From contig NC_068981.1 of assembly GCF_001194135.2 (NCBI RefSeq), forward strand, positions 125,826,110 to 125,860,854: DNA of 34,745 nucleotides, in the 5' to 3' direction. Within the stretch, counting starts at the first letter, position 1, and the number at the start of each line of letters is the position of its first letter. The DNA comes from Octopus bimaculoides. Its lineage: Eukaryota. Position numbers and translations under genes: made by a program. The notes under the pieces were generated by a model that was given only the letters and a program-made list of their open reading frames with translations, was not told where the DNA came from and searched no databases. This document shows, piece after piece, positions 24,432 to 34,745 of this stretch.

Positions 24432-24570
24432 ATTTGTATATATAAATGTGTATGTATATGTATTTGTATATATGTATACATATATGCATATACATGTATA
24501 TATGTGTGTGTGTGTATGTATATGTGTGTGTATGTATATATATATATATCAATATGTAGATATGTATACA
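23985..24570. repeat. Compound (TG)/(TA)/(GA) microsatellite block split by a MITE-like remnant
   Basis: Read directly from the sequence. Confidence 0.95.
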
Positions 24571-24630
24571 TGAGTGTAGACATGGATGACATTGCACATG
24601 TGGATCTTTATTGGTTTTAATTTAGCACAA

Positions 24631-24825
24631 AGCCAGCAATTTTAGGAGATGGGATAAGTTTATTATATCAACCCCTGTGCTTAACTAGTGCTTATGTTAT
24701 TGACCCTAAAAGGGATGAAAGGCAAAGTCAACATAGGTGGAATTTGAACTCAGAATGTAGTAATGGACAAACTGCCTCTAAGCATTTTGCCTGTCATACT
24801 AATGATTCTGCCATCTCGCTGCCTT
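24631..24825 (-). mobile_element. tRNA-derived SINE, second family; fragments also at about 4655-4750 (-) and 11120-11230 (+)
   Basis: The reverse complement reads tggcagaatcattag (A box), gagttcaaattcc (B box), then gactttgcctttcatccctttt..gtcaataa, a central domain of the kind shared among metazoan SINEs. Confidence 0.7.
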
Positions 24826-25389
24826 ACAAGTGGGTCTTATTACCTGTTAAACTTCATGAGTGTTTTATGCATTTTGACAGCTTGCAACTGTAATTTTCTT
24901 ATTAAGTGTATTCTTTCCGATTTTGTGAATCTCATCTTTTCAAGATAGGTACAAAGGCAGTTAGTCACATAACCAAGTGTAGAACTCTAAAGTTCTAATA
25001 TGGATGGAGTAACTGCAGATTTCTCATCAACTCAGTAAAGATGAGTTTGTGTTGTTTTTCCTTTTGTTTATTCTGAACAATGTGTTGACATCTACTGGGC
25101 AACTGATGTCAACTATTGTGCATAGTTTCTTTTCCTGTCCCAGACCATTATGTCTAGGCTGTTGTGCTTGCATTTTATTGACATCTTGACAGGGACATTC
25201 CACCAGTATTCTTTGGAATTATGTGGGGTACGTGTGGTTATACCCTTCAGCTCACTGTAACTTCTTATGTTTGTCTCCTCAGGATTATTCTTTGATAAGA
25301 TTTCATTATATTATGTTCTAGCTATGACATGCCTCATTGGTAGGTAATGCCATGAGGACAATTTTGGGTAGTTGCTTATGATGTGGATG

Positions 25390-25540
25390 ATATCCTCAAT
25401 GTGGATTCCAACCTCTTTACAGAGTGTACCGGGTGCTTTTTACATAGCACCATTACTAGTGCTTTTTATGTGGCACTAGCACCAGTACTTTTATGTGGAA
25501 TCAGTACCCGCACCAATGCATTTTTATGTGGCAGCTTGGT
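25390..25540 (-). mobile_element. Reverse copy of the RTE-tail retroposon family with about four subrepeats
   Basis: ccaacctctttacagagtgtaccgggtgctttttacatagcacc followed by repeated gtgc/acttttatgtgg units. Confidence 0.65.
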
Positions 25541-26047
25541 TTTAGAATATCAATTCTGTTGTGGTGGGTGAGTCTTCTTGAGTACAGTAATGTGCCACAT
25601 ATTTTGGTCCTCTGTCATGCCCTCATATATTTCCCCTTCTCCACCCCACTTCCTGGCCACTTCAATTTCCCTCACCGTCACTTGCTACAGACATGTCTTT
25701 TCCATCCTCAAACATATCTCCTCACACTGTCATGGAACATCCCTCTCTATCCCTCTGCACTACTTAAACCCTCATCACTGTTCCCTATGGGTAGACCCAA
25801 TACATCCCCACACCATCTATTTCTCTCTTTCACTCTGCCTGCCCCCCAACTCTCTCCCAACTCCCTTCTACTTCCCTGTCCTACTAGTATAACCAAGTAA
25901 TTCTCTATGATAAGACGACTATCTCTGTCTATCATATTCCAACCCCATGTCTAGCACACAGCAACTCCCCTTGGCTCCATTCCCCACCTCAACCAAGAGG
26001 TCTTTGTCTTGCAAGTTATTTGGTAACCCCACTGATACTATGATACT

Positions 26048-26258
26048 AGTGCCATGTATAAGGCACCCATGCCAGTGACATATGAAAGCACCCATGCTGG
26101 TGACACATAAAAAGTACATGGTACACTCTGTAGAGTGGTTGGCATTAGGAAGAGCATCCAGCTGTAGAAAGTAAGCCAAAACTGATTACTGGGGTCTGAT
26201 GCAACTCTCTGACTTACTATATAATCCCATGCCAGCATGGAAAACGAACATTAAATGA
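26048..26258 (+). mobile_element. Older copy of the RTE-tail retroposon family
   Basis: Three 5' subrepeats, then gagtggttggcattaggaagagcatccagctgtagaaa and catggaaaacgaacattaaatgat. Confidence 0.75.
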
Positions 26259-26804
26259 TAAAGAAAATGTGTGTGTGTGTGTGTGTCCAGTGAATGAGAA
26301 CACTGGAGTTGTGCTTGGGGAGTCTAGATTTTTGAAATCCAACTTCTTAATCAGGGTAGAAATAATTCCATGGAAGAAATGTTAGTTTACACGGTGGTGC
26401 ATCAGCATGGCCGCAGCTCTGAGCTGAAACTTTGAAATGAAATGTAAGTGATGTGTAACTCAAGCATGTAATATAGAGATAAAAGATGGACAAGCATGTA
26501 TGTGTGACTTTATATCATTTCCATCTTTTCTAAAAAGATGTTATGTAGATGTAACTATAGATATACTTGGAAAAGAAAAGATACAGTCCTTGATAGGTCT
26601 TTACAGCTGTTTCAAATATTCAGTGATTTGCTGATGTAATAATGTTTTATAAAAATGCATCTGTACATTGATGCAATAATACACATCAAACAAATTGAAA
26701 TCATTATCAGTACATAAACATAATGCATTAATATGATCAAGATGAAATCATTTAAGTTCTGAATGTTTTCTTTATAAGGATAAGTCACAAAGCACAAATA
26801 TATA

Positions 26805-27079
26805 TTTCGAGATCGTTGCCAGTGCCCCTGGACTGGCTTGTGCGGGTGGCACATAAAAGACACCATTTCGAGCGTGGCCGTTTTCGTGCGGGTGACACGT
26901 AAAAGCACCCACTACACTCTCTGAGTGGTTGGCGTTAGGAAGGGCATCCAGCTGTAGAAACTCTGCCAAATCAGACTGGAGCCTGGTGTTGCCATCCGGT
27001 TTCACCAGTCCTCAGTCAAATCGTCCAACCCATGCTAGCATGGAAAGCGGACGTTAAACGATGATGATGATGATGATGA
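26805..27079 (+). mobile_element. Young short retroposon with an RTE-type (GAT)n tail
   Basis: CpG-rich. Two tandem tttcgag...gtgrcacrtaaaag(a)cacc units, a body gagtggttggcgttaggaagggcatccagctgtagaaac, and a tail catggaaagcggacgttaaacgatgatgatg. Confidence 0.8.
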
Positions 27080-29139
27080 GCATAGAAACATCAATAAAAA
27101 GACAGAGGAAAAGGGGAGATTAATTATGGTAAGGTAGGAAGAGAGATGGGAAGAAAGGTTGTGAAATAGATAGAGAGGAGTTGTAAGTAAAAGCGAGTGA
27201 GAAAGTAGGAGAGAGATAAGTGTAGTAAAAAGTAAGAAGGAAAAAGAGAAAGACAAAGAAAAATGTTGAGAAAAGATGAAGGGGCTATATAGCCAGTTAG
27301 AACCAGATGAGTCACAACAAATCATGTATCTAAGTTTGAGAAAAAAAAATAGAGTATAAAAGTAAGACCAAAGAGAATTCATTGAAATCAACTAGGTATC
27401 CGTTACTAAAAAAAGTGGCAAATGACAGTTTGGCAGCCTTAAAACATAAGTATATATCTGTGTGTGTGTGTGTATGTATATATATATATATATATATTCG
27501 TGTAGACCAGACAAGATAAGAGCTGCAACAAAAATGTAAAGAAGTAAACTTCCACCTCATTAGCAAATTATAGCCAGTATCTCAAGGCTACTAACATTTC
27601 CTGTAATATTACCTGGTCTATTATTTGGACTGGAAGACCTTACCAAAGTGGCTGCATTGCATGTTACCTGTGCAGCAGGGAATCTCTGAAATATTATGTG
27701 AGAAAAGAAATCTATTTAACAAACAGTTTGATGCAATCACATTCTGCAGACATCATATTTTTAAAAGGTTTACTTTTTACTACAGATCATTATACTCTAA
27801 TCATCTTAGATAACCGTAAATCTGTATGTCAACTTGACATCTTTACCCTAGCTTTTATATGCCCTTCTTCATCTATTTACTTTATGTAAACTGGCCCTCT
27901 TAGAAATGACATACATTTATACTTAAGATACCTTAAAGTCTGTAAAATTTTGTTTATAGTTATATAATAATCTATTTTATAGCCCCCCCCCCCCTCCTTA
28001 TACATTTTCTAATTTACCTTTTAATTTTCATTTTATCTTCTTGTTCAGTTATTTTCTTGTTCCTTTTAATAATTCTTTAAATTTTGATTTTGGCTCCAGT
28101 TATGTCTGGTCCACATGCTTCCATGCTTATACTATATTAAGCCCAGAAGACGGTCAGCTACCATTCACTGGGATGTCTAGCTGCTTTCCTGTTTTCTTTT
28201 TTCTTTCAATAAATTCTCTTTGCTCTTACTTCTATGCTCTGTTCTCCTCAGAATTAGATTCATGACTTGGGAAAAGAGTAATTCTGACTTTAGCCCTTTA
28301 TCTTTTCTCTACTTTATTCACTCACTTTTTCTTTTTTCTATACTTACATCTTCCCTACCCTCTCTCTCACTTGTAGCACCTTGCTCTTGCTCTCAGCCTT
28401 TTTTACCTACCCCTTTTTTTCAATTCATCATTGCTAATCTCGCTCTTCCTCCATCTTTTTCTTGAAATTTCTTTGCTTCTAAATATAGGTTACTGCCATA
28501 AAATGTGTATTTTGCAATGTACATATGCTTCAGAATAAAACCTTAGGCAACTACAGAGTGCATGACATGAAATTAAAGAAATGACAAGGGAACAGGAATT
28601 ATGTAGTTAACTTCATTGTAGTTTCCTTGTAGTTTCTAAAAAGTTTGAGTGTGTATGCATGTGTGTGTGTATGTGTGTGCACGCACGTGGGAGTGGGTGT
28701 GTATGAGGGGGGTGCATGATTTTGATTGAATCTTGAGTTCACATCTTTGATATCAATACACAAAGTTCAAAAGAGGGAAAGAGTGAAGATATGAAAACAT
28801 GGCATAGAGTGGGAAGAATGACATAGAAAAAAATGAAGGGAAGGATTTTGAAACAGTATGGAAATTTAAATGTATGTATTAGACAGGAAAAGGATTTATG
28901 ATCAGTCTGATACATGTATTTCCATGTGTATATTCAGGTATAATGATTGTACAGAAAATGTTTGTGTCTGTGTGTGCATTTGAATGTGTGTGTAGTTTGG
29001 TGGGGTTGATAGAGATAAATAAAGGAATGAAGTGAATAATTAAAACCAATGTTGAAATATTTCTTTGCTAGTGATGTCAATTAATGGTAGGTTGATATTG
29101 AACCTGAAAACTAAAGATCAAATCAATACTTACTACATG

Positions 29140-30049
29140 TGCAAAACTTAACTAGCCTAACGTCCAAGTGTATAGGCAATGTACAGATCCATGTGTGTGT
29201 GTATGAGTGTGTATGCACACACATACCCCATTTTATACCTTTATACCAAAAATACCCATTTATACATGCATATAAATGGGCATTTGTGCACCCTTACATA
29301 ACCATGTTTCCATTTTCAGATATGATTGTGCTTACACATTCCAGTATTTATACATTCCTGCCTGAATGTTTGTGCATGCCTTGCACTTTTATGGATGTGT
29401 TGTTGTCTGCACATAAATATGTGCATGCCTGCTTATGTGTGTACTGAGACTGCCATTAAATCACATGTACTCTGGTGACTGCGACTATTTCATATCCCAC
29501 ATGAGTGCTTTGTATAGATGTCCTTGATTGTTTTGTATACAAATATGCATGCTTAATCAACTATCTCAGATGTGTGCATTCACACTTTTGTATGCTTATG
29601 TGTTTTTGAATTTTTGAATTTTTTATCCATGTGTTTATACTAACACTTGTACCGGTAACTTTGTACTTATGATTCCTTGCATATTTGTGTATTGTCCAAA
29701 TGTACACACCTACTTGCTCTTACTGTATTTTGCTACATACAAGTCAATGTAGTACATAGAAACGTTCATGTACTGTAAATATTCAAACATCATCACTATC
29801 TTTCCAAATCCTGCTGCATTTCATATGGAATTTTTGTCCTCCAAAGTTGTCTTGGTGTATAAATCAATCCACCATTTTTGGTTGTAAATTGTGGTCTGCA
29901 AAATTTGATTTGTATGCTGGAAAATATAGTATACTCTTTTGTATATATATGGATGTAAGAATATATTTGGTTATATATCTATGTCTGGCTATGTATATGT
30001 AAACACATGGTTGCAACTATATAAATATATAATGGTTTATGTATTTGCT

Positions 30050-30094
<45 letters not shown>

Positions 30095-30600
30095 CACTTG
30101 TTTAAGTTTCTATGTATGTTTCTCTATATATATATACGTATGTAAGTATGTGTTTGTGTGTGTGTGAGTGTGTGTGTTCTGAAACGTTGGTAATAATAAT
30201 TGGCTTATTCATGCCTATGTTTATATAGCCCTTCTTCCAACTTCTCTGACTCATGATTCCAATCAAACACTACATCCTACACACACACACACACACACAC
30301 ATGTGCGTGCACATACACACACACACATTCATTCCTACATCTAGTGTATGAAGTCGAATGGATGTCTGTATGTATATGTAGGCAAGCACACATGCTCATG
30401 TCCATACAGCTACACATCCATGTATAAAAGTGCAAACTTTGTACAAACATTTATGCAAAAATATATATGTACAAACATATATGAAAATGGAAATGGATAT
30501 ATAATGGTGCATAAGAGCTTATGAATACACAGACTTACAGCTTTATGCATAAATACATCAACAGACTGTTCATATACATGTTTAAATTTCCACACCTATT
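29140..30600. repeat. Degenerate TG/TA/CA low-complexity region
   Basis: Pervasive decayed tgtg/tata/caca periodicity, with pure tracts near 30055-30092 and 30280-30328. Confidence 0.6.
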
Positions 30601-31019
30601 CAAAACTCTTACCTTCCTTTTACTATATACCATCCCTCTTTATTTTCTACCCATTCCAACCATCATTTGTTGTTAATCACATGTGAACACTGAGATTTGA
30701 ATATTCATTTTAAGATTCAATGGCAGGCTAATATTAACTGGTTTGCTATTTTCATCACTCAATAATAAAAATTACATATTTGAACTTAGAATTTAATTAT
30801 CTATCCTTCCTATATTCCCTATTCTTTTTTTTTTTTTTTTGCTGCTTTCGCAGATTCCCATGATTCACTGTCACCATCCAATTCCATTATTATGAATTTG
30901 AATTGAGAGCTTGAGTAATATTAACTCTTTCATTTGCTGATTACACAACCATGGACACCACCCCTATGAATGCATTGCAGTTACCCTCTTTATAGAGCTT
31001 TGTGAAAGTGCATAGCTTA

Positions 31020-31245
31020 CTGGTGAGGGTATTTGACTCACAGCTCATAGTGGCGTGTTGTGTCCTTGAGCAAGACACTTTATTTCACATTGCTCCAGTT
31101 CACCCAGCTGGGAAAAATGAGTAGTACCTGTATTTCACATTCTGTGTCATGCTGAAACCCTCTGAGAACTACATTAAGGGTACATATGTCTGTGGAGTAC
31201 TCACTCACTTACACATTAATTTCATGATCAGGCTGGCACCTCATT
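31020..31245 (+). mobile_element. SINE with CORE-like central domain, third family, degenerate
   Basis: Contains tgtgtccttgagcaagacactttatttcacattgctccagttcacccagctg..aaatgagta. Confidence 0.55.
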
Positions 31246-32004
31246 GTTGTAACTGACAGAGTGCCAGTTAGAGCTGGGTGATCTTGACTGCTGCTTCTCT
31301 AAGATTCTTCCACTCAGCATCACTGTAAGAAACACCATTGGCTCGGTTGAGCTCTTCTGTTACTGCTTCACAATCCACCATGCTGCAGTACCATGACTTT
31401 GCTGTATTCCTGGTAGGGTGGCTGAACAGGTGCTATGCCTTGCCAAAAGTAGCCTGTAACTATGCAGGGCATGGCCATCACTCCATGAGGTATTTTCAAA
31501 ATACCTGCATACCCTACCAAATCTTGCTAATGCCACTACATTCCATATACACTTAAACTTATACATACATGCACAATCATGCTCACAAAATTTGCTAAGC
31601 AAACTTACGGACACATAAACCATATGTGCAGCATACACACACGTGTGCATGCATACACACACGTGTGCGTGCATACACACACAACTATGTGTGTATACAT
31701 ACATCAACAGAACTATCTAGAACCTACCTTCTCCATCATATACAGAGAAATACCTCCACACCTGTTCAAAATCCTTGCCTTCATTTACTTTTACCATGTT
31801 TTTAAAGCACCCTACAGAGAATATTGTGTTGTTTACCATGAGAGGACCTCTCATATGGAATTGTGGCACATAAAAGCACTTTCATGGTAAATAATACAGT
31901 ATTCTGTGTTTAAACACAGCATCCACATTGTGTTGGAGATAAATATTACCTTTTGGCATTAATACTGCTTCTGTCACTATTAATTATTTCATATATATTT
32001 TTAG

Positions 32005-32147
32005 ATAAAGATAGTTATGGCCAATCTATGGGGTTACCCAGGGTTTCACGTCTGTAAAGCACGTTACAACTAAGACTCTGTAACGCTAAATGTTTTATGA
32101 ATGCAAAACGCTGGGTAACCTCATAGACCGGTTATATCTATTTTTAT
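32005..32147. mobile_element. Palindromic MITE-like element; related degenerate copy at 24253-24365
   Basis: Imperfect arms ataaagatagttatggccaatctatggggttacccaggg... and ...ctgggtaacctcatagaccggttatatctatttttat. The same left arm (ataaagatagatatggttggtttatggggttaccctgggtttcacgtc) recurs at 24253. Confidence 0.65.
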
Positions 32148-32222
32148 ATAAATACTCTACTGTTCTATAGAGTGTGTTCACTTTCAGATTTATGATTTAC
32201 TGATGATATATAAATATATATG

Positions 32223-32277
<55 letters not shown>

Positions 32278-33601
32278 NNNNNNNNNNNNNNNNNNNNNNN
32301 NNNNNNNNNNNNNNNNNNNNNNNNNNNNNNNNNNNNNNNNNNNNNNNNNNNNNNNNNNNNNNNNNNNNNNNNNNNNNNNNNNNNNNNNNNNNNNNNNNNN
32401 NNNNNNNNNNNNNNNNNNNNNNNNNNNNNNNNNNNNNNNNNNNNNNNNNNNNNNNNNNNNNNNNNNNNNNNNNNNNNNNNNNNNNNNNNNNNNNNNNNNN
32501 NNNNNNNNNNNNNNNNNNNNNNNNNNNNNNNNNNNNNNNNNNNNNNNNNNNNNNNNNNNNNNNNNNNNNNNNNNNNNNNNNNNNNNNNNNNNNNNNNNNN
32601 NNNNNNNNNNNNNNNNNNNNNNNNNNNNNNNNNNNNNNNNNNNNNNNNNNNNNNNNNNNNNNNNNNNNNNNNNNNNNNNNNNNNNNNNNNNNNNNNNNNN
32701 NNNNNNNNNNNNNNNNNNNNNNNNNNNNNNNNNNNNNNNNNNNNNNNNNNNNNNNNNNNNNNNNNNNNNNNNNNNNNNNNNNNNNNNNNNNNNNNNNNNN
32801 NNNNNNNNNNNNNNNNNNNNNNNNNNNNNNNNNNNNNNNNNNNNNNNNNNNNNNNNNNNNNNNNNNNNNNNNNNNNNNNNNNNNNNNNNNNNNNNNNNNN
32901 NNNNNNNNNNNNNNNNNNNNNNNNNNNNNNNNNNNNNNNNNNNNNNNNNNNNNNNNNNNNNNNNNNNNNNNNNNNNNNNNNNNNNNNNNNNNNNNNNNNN
33001 NNNNNNNNNNNNNNNNNNNNNNNNNNNNNNNNNNNNNNNNNNNNNNNNNNNNNNNNNNNNNNNNNNNNNNNNNNNNNNNNNNNNNNNNNNNNNNNNNNNN
33101 NNNNNNNNNNNNNNNNNNNNNNNNNNNNNNNNNNNNNNNNNNNNNNNNNNNNNNNNNNNNNNNNNNNNNNNNNNNNNNNNNNNNNNNNNNNNNNNNNNNN
33201 NNNNNNNNNNNNNNNNNNNTATATATATATATATATGTATGTATGTATATATTTCATCATCATCATGTTAGTATTTGAATGAGCAAATGTATACACACAC
33301 ACACTCACACACACACCTTAGAGAAAATATTTTATATTTCTATATATTACACACTCTATATTTACTCATTCATTATGCATCCATTGTCTTTTGTCGTTTC
33401 TTTGCTTTTGCTTGCATTGTTTTTACAGACATCCTTTCTAATGGTAACTCTTAACATTTTTTCAAGAATAGGCTCTCATCTTTCACTTGGTTTTCAAGGT
33501 ACAAACTAACTGTAAGATATGTCAACTGGTAAAACTCACAATACCAACACATATTTGTACACGCCATCACAGACTGTAACGAACACACTGACACATGCAT
33601 A

Positions 33602-33641
<40 letters not shown>

Positions 33642-33646
<5 letters not shown>

Positions 33647-33774
33647 TAATATTTAGCAGAAGCAACAGAGTGACTCAAGGTTTGAGAGTTTCGTGTGTTG
33701 GCACTTATCAAGTGCCAACACACAAAATTCTCAGACCTTGAGTCACTCTGCTGCTTCTGCTAAATAGTAATAAA
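33642..33774. repeat. Hairpin/palindrome with 57-bp core arms and a 3-nt loop (MITE-like or pre-miRNA-like)
   Basis: 33650-33706 pairs with 33710-33766 around the loop atc. There are 4 differences, all transitions. Confidence 0.95.
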
Positions 33775-34407
33775 AATATACATATGCTCATATTTTGAGT
33801 TCTATTTTTCCTGTTTGCATCACCATACCAATGTATATATATAACTATATATATATAAGACAATGTATAAATAATGGTCATTACATATTATTCCTTTATT
33901 AGAGCAAATTTGGCTTACAGCTGTTTCCAGTAGTCATTATAGGTACGTTACTGATAGGTTTACTTGATTGGTCTATTGATCAGTTGAGAAAAATTGACTA
34001 AGCTAAAAAAATTAATGCTACTTTCCTTAGAGTCATTTTGGGTTATAACCAGAAACGACTATAATGACTACTGGAAACAGCTGCAAGCCAACTTTGCTCT
34101 AATAAAGGAATAATATCTAATGACTATTATTTATACCTTGTCTTATATATAATTCTGTGTAAAAACCAGTTTGTCTGGAGCCCAACCACAGGTTAACAAT
34201 ATAGAATTGTGATGAACCATAACCTTGGAACCTACCATAAGAATACTTGGAGTTCTTCACTAATCTAAACAATGTTGTTAGTCTGGTGTGCCAACGGAGA
34301 GATTATGAGGTATTTTTCCTAGATTGATAATTTCTCACAATTAACTACATGCACTCACACACACACACACACACACACACACATGCACACATACAATATT
34401 GTATTCT

Positions 34408-34548
34408 TGCAGTTTCTGTTTACCATATCCACTCACAGGGCATTGGTCAGTCTGGTGCTGTAGATGATGATACTTCCATAAGGAGCTGTAGAGTGGGATT
34501 CAACCCAATACAACATGGTGAGGAACTGAACTTCTCAACTGCAGAGCC
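34408..34548 (-). mobile_element. Degenerate SINE, same family as 16221
   Basis: cagtttctgtttaccatatccactcacagggcattggtcag...gtgggattcaacc matches the family in reverse. Confidence 0.6.
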
Positions 34549-34745
34549 TTAATCAAAAATAGAGAGGAATATCAATATTCTCAAGTGGTTCACTTGAATA
34601 ACTGTGAAGATCTTTTCCACATGAAAGCATTTGTTGTCATGTTGATCCACAAATAAAGATTATTCATCCACCAATGCAGAGCAATCATTCTCCCTGTTTA
34701 ATACTATTGTGAATATATGTGCATATATATATATATATATATATA

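Larger units (their letters stand above)
1716..33219. other. Seven assembly gaps: 1716-2102, 3784-3905, 8974-9638, 13342-13412, 14735-14744, 15328-15964, 32278-33219
   Basis: N-runs; five of the seven abut (TA)n tracts. Confidence 1.

Noticed and set aside
8852-33314. Long ORFs in the track spanning N-runs or made of YI/CV/HT repeats (e.g. 8852-9721, 13074-13649, 15183-16019, 23995-24573, 32190-33314)
   Set aside because: They are artefacts of untranslatable gaps and dinucleotide microsatellites.

Overview
This is AT-rich, repeat-dense eukaryotic DNA with seven N-gaps. By its SINE, RTE and Penelope content and its (TA)n/(CA)n density it most resembles an octopus (coleoid cephalopod) assembly; that is an inference. 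Nearly all ORFs in the supplied track are artefacts of microsatellites or N-runs. The window lies inside a large + strand Slo2/KCNT (Na+-activated K+ channel) gene. One 94-nt exon at 16942-17035 encodes the S1 helix (LRIRIFNLVIKVLTCVLYVVRV), and a phase-compatible 75-nt candidate exon lies at 23137-23211. The introns hold decayed retroelements (an R4-type RLE LINE, several RTE LINE pieces, tRNA-derived and RTE-tail SINEs), a piggyBac-type MITE and several long palindromes. The most notable structure surrounds the S1 exon: a 225-nt near-perfect palindrome about 720 nt upstream, and a ~1 kb head-to-head Penelope (GIY-YIG) fold-back about 900 nt downstream. The fold-back carries a tRNA-like module and a complete minimal hammerhead ribozyme in the sense of the channel pre-mRNA. 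I cannot show a new biological system from sequence alone; the dsRNA/ribozyme cluster and the candidate loop exon are the leads most worth testing.
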